Shown here in pieces: positions 1 to 14,499 of a stretch of 64,000 nt of DNA. A program made the translations under genes and the position numbers. Positions within the stretch are counted from its first letter, which is position 1. Each line of letters begins with the position of its first letter. This stretch comes from Eledone cirrhosa (taxonomy: Eukaryota). The stretch covers positions 120,404,001-120,468,000 of the forward strand of contig OZ024744.1 in NCBI GenBank assembly GCA_964016885.1, given 5' to 3'. The notes under the pieces were generated by a model. It saw only the letters and a program-made list of their open reading frames with translations. It made no database searches and was not told the DNA's origin.

Positions 1-3000
1 ATTCAGAGATTCTTTCCTGAGACATTCTTACCACATGTCATAGTATCAGAGCTGTGATCTCTCAATTGAGAGATTCTTTCCTGAGACATTCTAACCACAT
101 GTCATAGTATCAGAACTGTGATCTCTCAATTCAGAGATTCTATCCTGAGACATTCTAACCACATGTCATAGTATCAGAGCTGTGATATCTCAATTTAGAG
201 ATTCTTTCATGAGTTATTCTAACCACTTGTCATAGTATCAGATCTGTGATCTCTCAATTCAGAGATTCTTTCCTGAGATATTCTAACCACATTTCATAGT
301 ATCAGAGCTGTCATCTCTCAATTCAGTGATTCTTTCCTGAGACATTCTAACCACATGTCATAGTATCAGAGCTGTGATATCTCAATTTAGAGATTCTTTC
401 ATGAGATATTCTAACCACATGTCATAGTATCAGATCTGTGATCTCTCAATTCAGAGATTCTTTCCTGAGATATTCTAACCACATGTCATAGTATCAAAGC
501 TGTCATCTCTCAATCAAGAGATTCTTTCCTGAGACATTCTAACCACATGTCATAGTATCAGAGCTGTGATCTCTTAATTTAGAGATTCTTTCATGAGATA
601 ATCTAACCACATGTCATAGTATCAGAGCTGTGATCTCTCAATTCAAAGATTCTCTCCTGAGACATTCTAACCACATGTTATAGTATTAGAGCTGTGATCT
701 CTCAATTCAGAGATTCTTTCCTGAGAAATTCTAACCACATGTCTGTAGTATCAGAGCTGTGATCTCTCAATTCAGAGATTCTTTCCTGAGAGGTTGTAAC
801 TCCATATCCACAGTATCAGAGCTGTGATCTCTCAATTCAGAGATTCTTTCCTGAGACATTCTTACCACATGTCATAGTATCAGAGCTGTGATCTCTCAAT
901 TTAGAGATTCTTTCCTGAGACATTCTAACCACATGTCATAGTATCAAAACTGTGATCTCTTAATTCAGAGACTCTATCCTGAGATATTCTAACCACATGT
1001 CATAGTATCAGAGCTGTGATCTCTCAATTCAGAGATTCTTTCCTGAGATATTCTAACCACATGTCATAGTATCAGAGCTGTGATCTCTCAATTCAGAGAT
1101 TCTTTCCTGAGACATTCTAACCACATATCATAGTATCAGAGCTGTGATCCCTCAATTTAGAGATTCTTTCCTGAGAGGTTGTAACCACATGTCATAGTAT
1201 CAGCGCTGTGATCTCTCAATTTAGATATTCTTTCCTGAGATATTCTAACCACATGTCATAGTATAAGAGCTGTGATCTCTCAATTCAGAGATTCTTTCCT
1301 GAGAAATTCTAACCACATGTCTGTAGTATCAGAGCTGTGATCTCTCAATTCAGAGATTCTTTCCTGAGACGTTCTAACTCCATATCCACAATATCAGAGC
1401 TGTGATCTCTCAATTCAGAGATTCTTTCCTGAGACATTCTTACCATATGTCATAGTATCAGAGCTGTGATCTCTCAATTCAGAGATTCTTTCCTGAGACA
1501 TTCTAACCACATGTCATAGTATCAGAACTGTGATCTCTCAATTCAGAGATTCTTTCCTGAGACGTTCTAACTCCATATCCACAGTAACAGAGCTGTGATC
1601 TCTCAATTCAGAGATTCTTTCCTGAGACATTCTAACTCCATATCCACAGTAACAGAGCTGTGATCTCTCAATTCAGAGATTCTTTCCTGAGACATTCTTA
1701 CCACATGTCATAGTATCAGAGCTGTGATCTCTCAATTTAGAGATTCTTTCATGAGATATTCTAACCACATGTCATAGTATCAGATCTGTGATCTCTCAAT
1801 TCAGAGATTCTTTCCTGAGATATTCTAACCACATGTCATAGTATAAGAGCTGTGATATCTCAATTCAGAGATACTTTCCTGAGACATTCTAACCACATGT
1901 CTGTAGTATCAGAGCTGTGAACTCTCAATTCAGAGATTCTTTCCTGGGACATTCTAACCAAATGTCATAGTATCAGGGCTGTGATCTCTCAATTCAGAGA
2001 TTCTTTCCTGAGACATTCTAACCACATGTCTGTAGTATCAGAGCTGTGATCTCTCAATTCAGAGATTCTTTCCTGAGACGTTCTAACTCCATATCCACAA
2101 TATCAGAGCTGTGATCTCTCAATTCAGAGATTCTTTCCTGAGACATTCTTACCACATGTCATAGTATCAGAGCTGTGATCTCTCAATTGAGAGATTCTTT
2201 CCTGAGACATTCTAACCACATGTCATAGTATCAGAACTGTGATCTCTCAATTCAGAGATTCTTTCCTGAGACGTTCTAACTCCATATCCACAGTAACAGA
2301 GCTGTGATCTCTCAATTCAGAGATTCTTTCCTGAGACATTCTAACTCCATATCCACAGTAACAGAGCTGTGATCTCTCAATTCAGAGATTCTTTCCTGAG
2401 ACATTCTTACCACATGTCATAGTATCAGAGCTGTGATCTCTCAATTTAGAGATTCTTTCATGAGATATTCTAACCACATGTGATAGTATCAGATCTGTGA
2501 TCTCTCAATTCAGAGATTCTTTCCTGAGATATTCTAACCACATGTCATAGTATAAGAGCTGTGATATCTCAATTCAGAGATACTTTCCTGAGACATTCTA
2601 ACCACATGTCTGTAGTATCAGAGCTGTGAACTCTCAATTCAGAGATTCTTTCCTGGGACATTCTAACCAAATGTCATAGTATCAGGGCTGTGATCTCTCA
2701 ATTCAGAGATTCTTTCCTGAGACATTCTAACCACATGTCATAGTATCAGAGCTGTCATCTCTCAATTAAGAGATTCTTTCCTGAGACATTCTAACCACAT
2801 GTCATAGTATCAGAGCTATGATCTCTTAATTTAGAGATTCTTTCATGAGATAATCTAACCACATGTCATAGTATCAGAGCTGTGATCTCTCAATTCAGAG
2901 ATTCTCTCCTGAGACATTCTAACCACATGTCATAGTATTAGAGCTGTGATCTCTCAATTCAGAGATTCTTTCCTGAGAAATTCTAACCACATGTCTATAG

Positions 3001-6000
3001 TATCAGAGCTGTGATCTCTCAATTCAGAGATTCTCTCCTGAGACATTCTAACCACATGTCATAGTATTAGAGCTGTGATCTCTCAATTCATAGATTCTTT
3101 CCTGAGAAATTCTAACAACATGTCATAGTATCAGAGCTGTGATCTCTCAATTCAGATATTCTTTCCTGAGACATTGTAACCACATGTCATAGTATCAGAG
3201 CTGTGATCTCTCAATTTAGAGATTCTTTCATGAGATATTCTAACCACATGTCATAGTATCAGATCTGTGATCTCTCAATTCAGAGATTCTTTCCTGAGAT
3301 ATTCTAACCACATGTCATAGTATCAGAGCTGTGATCTCATAATTTAGAGATTCTTTCATGAGATAATCTAACCACATGTCATAGTATCAGAGCTGTGATC
3401 TCTCAATTCAAAGATTCTCTCCTGAGACATTCTAACCACATGTCATAGTATTAGAGCTGTGATCTCTCAATTCAGAGATTCTTTCCTGAGAAATTCTAAC
3501 CACATGTCTGTAGTATCAGAGCTGTGATCTCTCAATTCAGAGATTCTTTCCTGAGACGTTGTAACTCCATATCCACAGTATCAGAGCTGTGATCTCTCAA
3601 TTCAGAGATTCTTTCCTGAGACATTCTTACCACATGTCATAGTATCAGAGCTGTGATCTCTCAATTTAGAGATTCTTTCCTGAGACATTCTAACCACATG
3701 TCATAGTCTCAGAACTGTGATCTCTTAATTCAGAGATTCTATCCTGAGACATTCTAACCACATGTCATAGTATCAGAGCTGTGATCTCTCAATTCAGAGA
3801 TTCTTTCCTGAGATATTCTAACCAGATGTCATAGTATCAGAGCTGTGATCTCTCAACTCAGAGATTCTTTCCTGGGATATTCTGACCACATGTCATAGTA
3901 TCAGAGCTGTGATCTCTCAATTCAGATATTCTTTCCTGAGACATTCTAACCACATGTCATAGTATCAGATCTGTGATCTCTCAATTCAGAGATTCTTTCC
4001 TGGGACATTCTAACCACATGTCATAGTATTAGAGGTGTGATCTCTCAATTCAGAGCTTCTTTCCAGAGACATTCTTACCACATGTCATAGTATCAGAGCT
4101 GTGATCTCTCAATTTAGAGATTCTTTCCTGAGACATTCTAACCACATGTCATAGTATCAGAGCTGTGATCTCTCAATTCAGAGATTCTTTCCTGAGACAT
4201 TCTAACCACATGTCATATTATCAGAGCTATGATATCTCAATTGAGAGATTCTTTCCTGAGATATTTTAACCACATATCATAGTATCAGAGCTGTCATCTC
4301 TCAATTCAGAGATTCTTTCCTGAGACATTCTAACCACATGTCATAGTATCAGAGCTGTGATCTCTCAATTTAGAGATTCTTTCATGAGATATTCTAACCA
4401 CATGTCATAATATCAGAGCTATGATATCTCAATTGAGAGATTCTTTCCTGAGATATTTTAACCACATATCATAGTATCAGAGCTGTCATCTCTCAATTCA
4501 GAGATTCTTTCCTGAGACATTCTAACCACATGTCATAGTATTAGAGCTGTGATCTCTCAATTCAGAGATTCTTTCCTGAGACATTCTAACCACATGTCTG
4601 TAGTATCAGAGCTGTGATCTCTCAATTCAGAGATTCTTTCCTGATACATTATAACCACATGTCATAGTATCAGAGCTGTGATCTCTCAATTTAGATATTC
4701 TTTCCTGAGATATTCTAACCACATGTCATAGTATAAGAGCTGTGATCTCTCAATTCAGAGATTCTTTCCTGAGAAATTCTAACCACATGTCTGTAGTATC
4801 AGAGCTGTGATCTCTCAATTCAGAGATTCTTTCCTGAGACCTTCTAACTCCATATCCACAATATCAGAGCTGTGATCTCTCAATTCAGAGATTCTTTCCT
4901 GAGACATTCTTACCACATGTCATAGTATCAGAGCTGTGATCTCTCAATTGAGAGATTCTTTCCTGAGACATTCTAACCACATGTCATAGTATCAGAACTG
5001 TGATCTCTCAATTCAGAGATTCTATCCTGAGACATTCTAACCACATGTCATAGTATCAGAGCTGTGATATCTCAATTTAGAGATTCTTTCATGAGTTATT
5101 CTAACCACTTGTCATAGTATCAGATCTGTGATCTCTCAATTCAGAGATTCTTTCCTGAGATATTCTAACCACATTTCATAGTATCAGAGCTGTCATCTCT
5201 CAATTCAGTGATTCTTTCCTGAGACATTCTAACCACATGTCATAGTATCAGAGCTGTGATATCTCAATTTAGAGATTCTTTCATGAGATATTCTAACCAC
5301 ATGTCATAGTATCAGATCTGTGATCTCTCAATTCAGAGATTCTTTCCTGAGATATTCTAACCACATGTCATAGTATCAAAGCTGTCATCTCTCAATCAAG
5401 AGATTCTTTCCTGAGACATTCTAACCACATGTCATAGTATCAGAGCTGTGATCTCTTAATTTAGAGATTCTTTCATGAGATAATCTAACCACATGTCATA
5501 GTATCAGAGCTGTGATCTCTCAATTCAAAGATTCTCTCCTGAGACATTCTAACCACATGTCATAGTATTAGAGCTGTGATCTCTCAATTCAGAGATTCTT
5601 TCCTGAGAAATTCTAACCACATGTCTGTAGTATCAGAGCTGTGATCTCTCAATTCAGAGATTCTTTCCTGAGAGGTTGTAACTCCATATCCACAGTATCA
5701 GAGCTGTGATCTCTCAATTCAGAGATTCTTTCCTGAGACATTCTTACCACATGTCATAGTATCAGAGCTGTGATCTCTCAATTTAGAGATTCTTTCCTGA
5801 GACATTCTAACCACATGTCATAGTATCAAAACTGTGATCTCTTAATTCAGAGACTCTATCCTGAGATATTCTAACCACATGTCATAGTATCAGATCTGTG
5901 ATCTCTCAATTCAGAGATTCTTTCCTGAGATATTCTAACCACATGTCATAGTATCAGAGCTGTGATCTCTCAATTCAGAGATTCTTTCCTGAGACATTCT

Positions 6001-6067
6001 AACCACATATCATAGTATCAGAGCTGTGATCTCTCAATTTAGAGATTCTTTCCTGAGAGGTTGTAAC
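1..6067. repeat. Dispersed block duplication: ~1-1185 repeated at ~4883-6067 (offset 4882 bp)
   Basis: Rare variant gagttattctaaccacttgt at 211 and 5093; ctgagaggttgtaac at 1171 and 6053. Both give offset 4882. Confidence 0.88.
1290..2740. repeat. Local 11-monomer tandem duplication (709 bp); boundaries approximate
   Basis: tactttcct at 1872 and 2581. The paired gtaacagag monomers and the aaccaaatg/cagggct variants repeat in the same order. 709 = 11x64+5. Confidence 0.85.
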
Positions 6068-9000
6068 TCCATATCCACAGTATCAGAGCTGTGATCTCTC
6101 AATTCAGAGATTCTTTCCTGAGACATTCTTACCACATGTCATAGTATCAGAGCTGTGATCTCTCAATTTAGAGATTCTTTCCTGAGACATTCTAACCACA
6201 TGTCATAGTATCAAAACTGTGATCTCTTAATTCAGAGACTCTATCCTGAGATATTCTAACCACATGTCATAGTATCAGAGCTGTGATCTCTCAATTCAGA
6301 GATTCTTTCCTGAGATATTCTAACCACATGTCACAGTATCAGAGCTGTGATATCTCAATTCAGAGATTCTTTCATGAGGCGTTCTAACTCCATGTCCACA
6401 GTATCAGTGCTGTGATCTCTCAATTCAGATATTCTTTCCTGAGATATTCTAAACACATATCATAGTATCAGAGCTGTGATCTCTCAATTCATAGATTCTT
6501 TCCTGGGATATTATAACCACATGTCATAGTATCAGAGCTGTGATCTCTCAATTCAGATATTCTTTCCTGAGACATTCTAACCACATGTCATAGTATCAGA
6601 GCTGTGATCTCTCAATTTAGAGATTATTTCATGAGATATTCTAACCACATGTCATAGTATCAGATCTGTGATCTCTCAATTCAGAGATTCTTTCCTGAGA
6701 TATTCTAACTACATGTCATAGTATCAGAGCTGTCATCTCTCAATTAAGAGATTCTTTCCTGAGACATTCTAACCACATGTCATAGTATCAGAGCTGTGAT
6801 CTCATAATTTAGAGATTCTTTCATGAGATAATCTAACCACATGTCATAGTATCAGAGCTGTGATCTCTCAATTCAAAGATTCTCTCCTGAGACATTCTAA
6901 CCACATGTCATAGTATTAGAGCTGTGATCTCTCAATTCAGAGATTCTTTCCTGAGAAATTCTAACCACATGTCTGTAGTATCAGAGCTGTGATCTCTCAA
7001 TTCAGAGATTCTTTCCTGAGACGTTGTAACTCCATATCCACAGTATCGGAGCTGTGATCTCTCAATTCAGAGATTCTTTCCTGAGACATTCTTACTACAT
7101 GTCATAGTATCAGAGCTGTGATCTCTCAATTTAGAGATTCTTTCCTGAGACATTCTAACCACATGTCATAGTATCAGAGCTGTGATCTCTCAATTTAGAG
7201 ATTCTTTCCTGAGATATTCTAAACACATGTCATAATATCAGAGCTGTGATATCTCAATTCAGAGATTCTTTCCTGAGATATTCTAACCACATGTCATAGT
7301 ATCAGAGCTGTGATCTCTCAACTCAGAGATTCTTTCCTGGGATATTCTAACCACATGTCATAGTATCAGATCTGTGATCTCTCAATTCAGAGATTCTTTC
7401 CTGAGATATTCTAACCACATGTCATAGTATCAGAGCTGTGATCTCTCAATTCAGAGATTCTCTCCTGAGACATTCTAACCACATGTCATAGTATTAGAGC
7501 TGTGATCTCTCAATTCATAGATTCTTTCCTGAGAAATTCTAACAACATGTCATAGTATCAGAGCTGTGATCTCTCAATTCAGATATTCTTTCCTGAGACA
7601 TTGTAACCACATGTCATAGTATCAGAGCTGTGATCTCTCAATTTAGAGATTCTTTCATGAGATATTCTAACCACATGTCATAGTATCAGATCTGTGATCT
7701 CTCAATTCAGAGATTCTTTCCTGAGATATTCTAACCACATGTCATAGTATCAGAGCTGTGATCTCATAATTTAGAGATTCTTTCATGAGATAATCTAACC
7801 ACATGTCATAGTATCAGAGCTGTGATCTCTCAATTCAAAGATTCTCTCCTGAGACATTCTAACCACATGTCATAGTATTAGAGCTGTGATCTCTCAATTC
7901 AGAGATTCTTTCCTGAGAAATTCTAACCACATGTCTGTAGTATCAGAGCTGTGATCTCTCAATTCAGAGATTCTTTCCTGAGACGTTGTAACTCCATATC
8001 CACAGTATCAGAGCTGTGATCTCTCAATTCAGAGATTCTTTCCTGAGACATTCTTACCACATGTCATAGTATCAGAGCTGTGATCTCTCAATTTAGAGAT
8101 TCTTTCCTGAGACATTCTAACCACATGTCATAGTATCAAAACTGTGATCTCTTAATTCAGAGACTCTATCCTGAGATATTCTAACCACATGTCATAGTAT
8201 CAGAGCTGTGATCTCTCAATTCAGAGATTCTTTCCTGAGATATTCTAACCACATGTCACAGTATCAGAGCTGTGATATCTCAATTCAGAGATTCTTTCAT
8301 GAGGCGTTCTAACTCCATGTCCACAGTATCAGTGCTGTGATCTCTCAATTCAGATATTCTTTCCTGAGATATTCTAAACACATATCATAGTATCAGAGCT
8401 GTGATCTCTCAATTCATAGATTCTTTCCTGGGATATTATAACCACATGTCATAGTATCATAGCTGTGGTCTCTCAATTCAGATATTCTTTCCTGAGACAT
8501 TCTAACCACATGTCATAGTATCAGAGCTGTGATCTCTCAATTTAGAGATTATTTCATGAGATATTCTAACCACATGTCATAGTATCAGATCTGTGATCTC
8601 TCAATTCAGAGATTCTTTCCTGAGATATTCTAACTACATGTCATAGTATCAGAGCTGTCATCTCTCAATTAAGAGATTCTTTCCTGAGACATTCTAACCA
8701 CATGTCATAGTATCAGAGCTGTGATCTCATAATTTAGAGATTCTTTCATGAGATAATCTAACCACATGTCATAGTATCAGAGCTGTGATCTCTCAATTCA
8801 AAGATTCTCTCCTGAGACATTCTAACCACATGTCATAGTATTAGAGCTGTGATCTCTCAATTCAGAGATTCTTTCCTGAGAAATTCTAACCACATGTCTG
8901 TAGTATCAGAGCTGTGATCTCTCAATTCAGAGATTCTTTCCTGAGACGTTGTAACTCCATATCTACAGTATCAGAGCTGTGATCTCTCAATTCAGAGATT

Positions 9001-11535
9001 CTTTCCTGAGACATTCTTACTACATGTCATAGTATCAGAGCTGTGATCTCTCAATTTAGAGATTCTTTCCTGAGACATTCTAACCACATGTCATAGTATC
9101 AGAGCTGTGATCTCTCAATTTAGAGATTCTTTCCTGAGATATTCTAAACACATGTCATAATATCAGAGCTGTGATATCTCAATTCAGAGATTCTTTCCTG
9201 AGATATTCTAACCACATGTCATAGTATCAGAGCTGTGATCTCTCAACTCAGAGATTCTTTCCTGGGATATTCTAACCACATGTCATAGTATCAGATCTGT
9301 GATCTCTCAATTCAGAGATTCTTTCCTGAGATATTCTAACCACATGTCATAGTATCAGAGCTGTGATCTCTCAATTCAGAGATTCTCTCCTGAGACATTC
9401 TAACCACATGTCATAGTATTAGAGCTGTGATCTCTCAATTCATAGATTCTTTCCTGAGAAATTCTAACAACATGTCATAGTATCAGAGCTGTGATCTCTC
9501 AATTCAGATATTCTTTCCTGAGACATTGTAACCACATGTCATAGTATCAGAGCTGTGATCTCTCAATTTAGAGATTCTTTCATGAGATATTCTAACCACA
9601 TGTCATAGTATCAGATCTGTGATCTCTCAATTCAGAGATTCTTTCCTGAGATATTCTAACCACATGTCATAGTATCAGAGCTGTGATCTCATAATTTAGA
9701 GATTCTTTCATGAGATAATCTAACCACATGTCATAGTATCAGAGCTGTGATCTCTCAATTCAAAGATTCTCTCCTGAGACATTCTAACCACATGTCATAG
9801 TATTAGAGCTGTGATCTCTCAATTCAGAGATTCTTTCCTGAGAAATTCTAACCACATGTCTGTAGTATCAGAGCTGTGATCTCTCAATTCAGAGATTCTT
9901 TCCTGAGACGTTGTAACTCCATATCCACAGTATCAGAGCTGTGATCTCTCAATTCAGAGATTCTTTCCTGAGACATTCTTACCACATGTCATAGTATCAG
10001 AGCTGTGATCTCTCAATTTAGAGATTCTTTCCTGAGACATTCTAACCACATGTCATAGTCTCAGAACTGTGATCTCTTAATTCAGAGATTCTATCCTGAG
10101 ACATTCTAACCACATGTCATAGTATCAGAGCTGTGATCTCTCAATTCAGAGATTCTTTCCTGGGATATTCTGACCACATGTCATAGTATCAGAGCTGTGA
10201 TCTCTCAATTCAGATATTCTTTCCTGAGACATTCTAACCACATGTCATAGTATCAGATCTGTGATCTCTCAATTCAGAGATTCTTTCCTGGGACATTCTA
10301 ACCACATGTCATAGTATTAGAGGTGTGATCTCTCAATTCAGAGCTTCTTTCCAGAGACATTCTTACCACATGTCATAGTATCAGAGCTGTGATCTCTCAA
10401 TTTAGAGATTCTTTCCTGAGACATTCTAACCACATGTCATAGTATCAGAGCTGTGATCTCTCAATTCAGAGATTCTTTCCTGAGACATTCTAACCACATG
10501 TCATATTATCAGAGCTATGATATCTCAATTGAGAGATTCTTTCCTGAGATATTTTAACCACATATCATAGTATCAGAGCTGTCATCTCTCAATTCAGAGA
10601 TTCTTTCCTGAGACATTCTAACCACATGTCATAGTATCAGAGCTGTGATCTCTCAATTTAGAGATTCTTTCATGAGATATTCTAACCACATGTCATAATA
10701 TCAGAGCTATGATATCTCAATTGAGAGATTCTTTCCTGAGATATTTTAACCACATATCATAGTATCAGAGCTGTCATCTCTCAATTCAGAGATTCTTTCC
10801 TGAGACATTCTAACCACATGTCATAGTATTAGAGCTGTGATCTCTCAATTCAGAGATTCTTTCCTGAGACATTCTAACCACATGTCTGTAGTATCAGAGC
10901 TGTGATCTCTCAATTCAGAGATTCTTTCCTGATACATTATAACCACATGTCATAGTATCAGAGCTGTGATCTCTCAATTTAGATATTCTTTCCTGAGATA
11001 TTCTAACCACATGTCATAGTATAAGAGCTGTGATCTCTCAATTCAGAGATTCTTTCCTGAGAAATTCTAACCACATGTCTGTAGTATCAGAGCTGTGATC
11101 TCTCAATTCAGAGATTCTTTCCTGAGACGTTCTAACTCCATATCCACAATATCAGAGCTGTGATCTCTCAATTCAGAGATTCTTTCCTGAGACATTCTTA
11201 CCACATGTCATAGTATCAGAGCTGTGATCTCTCAATTGAGAGATTCTTTCCTGAGACATTCTAACCACATGTCATAGTATCAGAACTGTGATCTCTCAAT
11301 TCAGAGATTCTATCCTGAGACATTCTAACCACATGTCATAGTATCAGAGCTGTGATATCTCAATTTAGAGATTCTTTCATGAGTTATTCTAACCACTTGT
11401 CATAGTATCAGATCTGTGATCTCTCAATTCAGAGATTCTTTCCTGAGATATTCTAACCACATTTCATAGTATCAGAGCTGTCATCTCTCAATTCAGTGAT
11501 TCTTTCCTGAGACATTCTAACCACATGTCATAGTA
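3000..11535. repeat. Dispersed block duplication: ~3.0-5.25 kb repeated at ~9.35-11.53 kb (offset 6352, then 6288 after a one-monomer indel)
   Basis: tcatagtctc at 3701 and 10053 (6352); ttccagagac at 4061 and 10349 (6288); gagttattc at 5093 and 11381 (6288). Confidence 0.85.
6070..10050. repeat. Tandem 30-monomer higher-order repeat, 1925 bp, about 2 copies
   Basis: atttcatgag variant at 6626 and 8551; aacaacatg after catagattc at 7541 and 9466. 1925 = 30x64+5. Confidence 0.87.
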
Positions 11536-14499
11536 TCTGAGCTGTGATCTCTAAATTTAGAGATTCTTTCATGAGATAATCTAACCACATGTCATAGTAT
11601 TAGAGCTGTGATCTCTCAATTCAGAGCTTCTTTCCTGAGACTTTCTTACCACATGTCATAGTATCAGATCTGTGATCTCTCAATTCAGAGATTCTTTCCT
11701 GAGATATTCTAACCACATGTCATAGTATCAAAGCTGTGATCTCTCAATTTAGAGATTCTTTCCTGAGACATTCTAACCACATGTCATAGTATCAGAGCTG
11801 TGATCTCTCAATTCAGAGATTCTTTCCTGAGACATTCTAACCACATATCATAGTATTAGAGCTGGGATCTCTCAATTCAGAGATTCTTTCCTGAGATATT
11901 CTAACAACATGTCATAGTATCAGAGCTGTGATCTCTCAATTCAGAGATTCTTTCATGAGACATTCTAACCACATGTCACAGTATCAGAGCTGTGATATCT
12001 CAATTCAGAGATTCTTTCATGAGGCGTTCTAACTCCATGTCCACCGTATCAGAGCTGTGATCTCTCAATTCAGTGATTCTACCCTGAGACGTTCTAACCA
12101 CATGTGATATTATCAGTGCTGCGATCTCTCAATTCAGAGATTCTTTCATGAGATATTCTAACCATATGTCATAGTATCAGAGCTGTGATCTCTCAATTCA
12201 GAGATTCTTTCCTGGGATATTCTAACCACATGTCATAGTATCAGAGCTGTGATCTCTCAATTCAGATATTCTTTCCTGAGACATTCTAACCACATGTCAT
12301 ATTATCGGATCTGTGATCTCTCAATTCAGAGATTCTTTCCTGGGACATTCTAACCACATGTCATAGTATTAGAACTGTGATCTCTCAATTCAGAGCTTCT
12401 TTCCTGAGACATTCTTACCACATGTCATAGTATCAGAGCTGTGATCTCTCAATTTAGAGATTCTTTCCTGAGACATTCCAACCACATGTCATAGTATCAG
12501 AGCTGTGATCTCTCAATTCAGAGATTCTTTCCTGAGTCATTCTAACCACATGTCATAGTATCAGAGCTATGATATCTCAATTGAGAGATTCTTTCCTGAG
12601 ATATTTTAACCACATATCATAGTATCAGAGCTGTCATCTCTCAATTCAGAGATTCTTTCCTGAGACATTCTAACCACATGTCATAGTATCAGAGCTGTGA
12701 TCTCTCAATTTAGAGATTCTTTCATGAGATATTCTAACCACATGTCATAGTATCAAAACTGCGATCTCTTAATTCAGAGACTCTATCCTGAGATATTCTA
12801 ACCACATGTCATATTATCAGAGCTGTGATCTCTCAATTCAGAGATTCTTTCCTGAGATATTCTAACCACATGTCATAGTATCAGAGCTGTGATCTCTCAA
12901 TTCAGAGATTCTTTCCTGAGACATTCTAACCACATATCATAGTATTAGAGCTGGGATCTCTCAATTCAGAGATTCTTTCCTGAGATATTCTAACAACATG
13001 TCGTAGTATCAGAGCTGTGATCTCTCAATTCAGAGATTCTTTCATGAGACATTCTAACCACATGTCACAGTATCAGAGCTGTGATATCTCAATTCAGAGA
13101 TTCTTTCATGAGGCGTTCTAACTCCATGTCCACAGTATCAGTGCTGTGATCTCTCAATTCAGATATTCTTTCCTGAGATATTCTAAACACATATCATAGT
13201 ATCAGAGCTGTGATCTCTCAATTCATAGATTCTTTCCTGGGATATTATAACCACATGTCATAGTATCAGAGCTGTGATCTCTCAATTCAGATATTCTTTC
13301 CTGAGACATTCTAACCACATGTCATAGTATCAGAGCTGTGATCTCTCAATTTAGAGATTATTTCATGAGATATTCTAACCACATGTCATAGTATCAGTTC
13401 TGTGATCTCTCAATTCAGAGATTCTTTCCTGAGATATTCTAACTACATGTCATAGTATCAGAGCTGTCATCTCTCAATTAAGAGATTCTTTCCTGAGACA
13501 TTCTAACCACATGTCATAGTATCAGAGCTGTGATCTCATAATTTAGAGATTCTTTCATGAGATAATCTAACCACATGTCATAGTATCAGAGCTGTGATCT
13601 CTCAATTCAAAGATTCTCTCCTGAGACATTCTAACCACATGTCATAGTATTAGAGCTGTGATCTCTCAATTCAGAGATTCTTTCCTGAGAAATTCTAACC
13701 ACATGTCTGTAGTATCAGAGCTGTGATCTCTCAATTCAGAGATTCTTTCCTGAGACGTTGTAACTCCATATCCACAGTATCAGAGCTGTGATCTCTCAAT
13801 TCAGAGATTCTTTCCTGAGACATTCTTACTACATGTCATAGTATCAGAGCTGTGATCTCTCAATTTAGAGATTCTTTCCTGAGACATTCTAACCACATGT
13901 CATAGTATCAGAGCTGTGATCTCTCAATTTAGAGATTCTTTCCTGAGATATTCTAAACACATGTCATAATATCAGAGCTGTGATCTCTCAATTCAGAGAT
14001 TCTTTCCTGAGATATTCTAACCACATGTCATAGTATCAGAGCTGTGATCTCTCAACTCAGAGATTCTTTCCTGGGATATTCTAACCACATGTCATAGTAT
14101 CAGAGCTGTGATCTCTCAATTCAGATATTCTTTCCTGAGACATTCTAACCACATGTCATAGTATCAGATCTGTGATCTCTCAATTCAGAGATTCTTTCCT
14201 GAGACATTCTAACTCCATGTCCACAGTATCAGAGCTGTGATCTCTCAATTCAGTGATTCTACCCTGAGACGTTCTAACCACATGTGATATTATCAGTGCT
14301 GCGATCTCTCAATTCAGAGATTCTTTCATGAGATATTCTAACCATATGTCATAGTATCAGAGCTGTGATCTCTCAATTCAGAGATTCTTTCCTGGGATAT
14401 TCTAACCACATGTCATAGTATCAGAGCTGTGATCTCTCAATTCAGATATTCTTTCCTGAGACATTCTAACGACATGTCATATTATCGGATCTGTGATCT

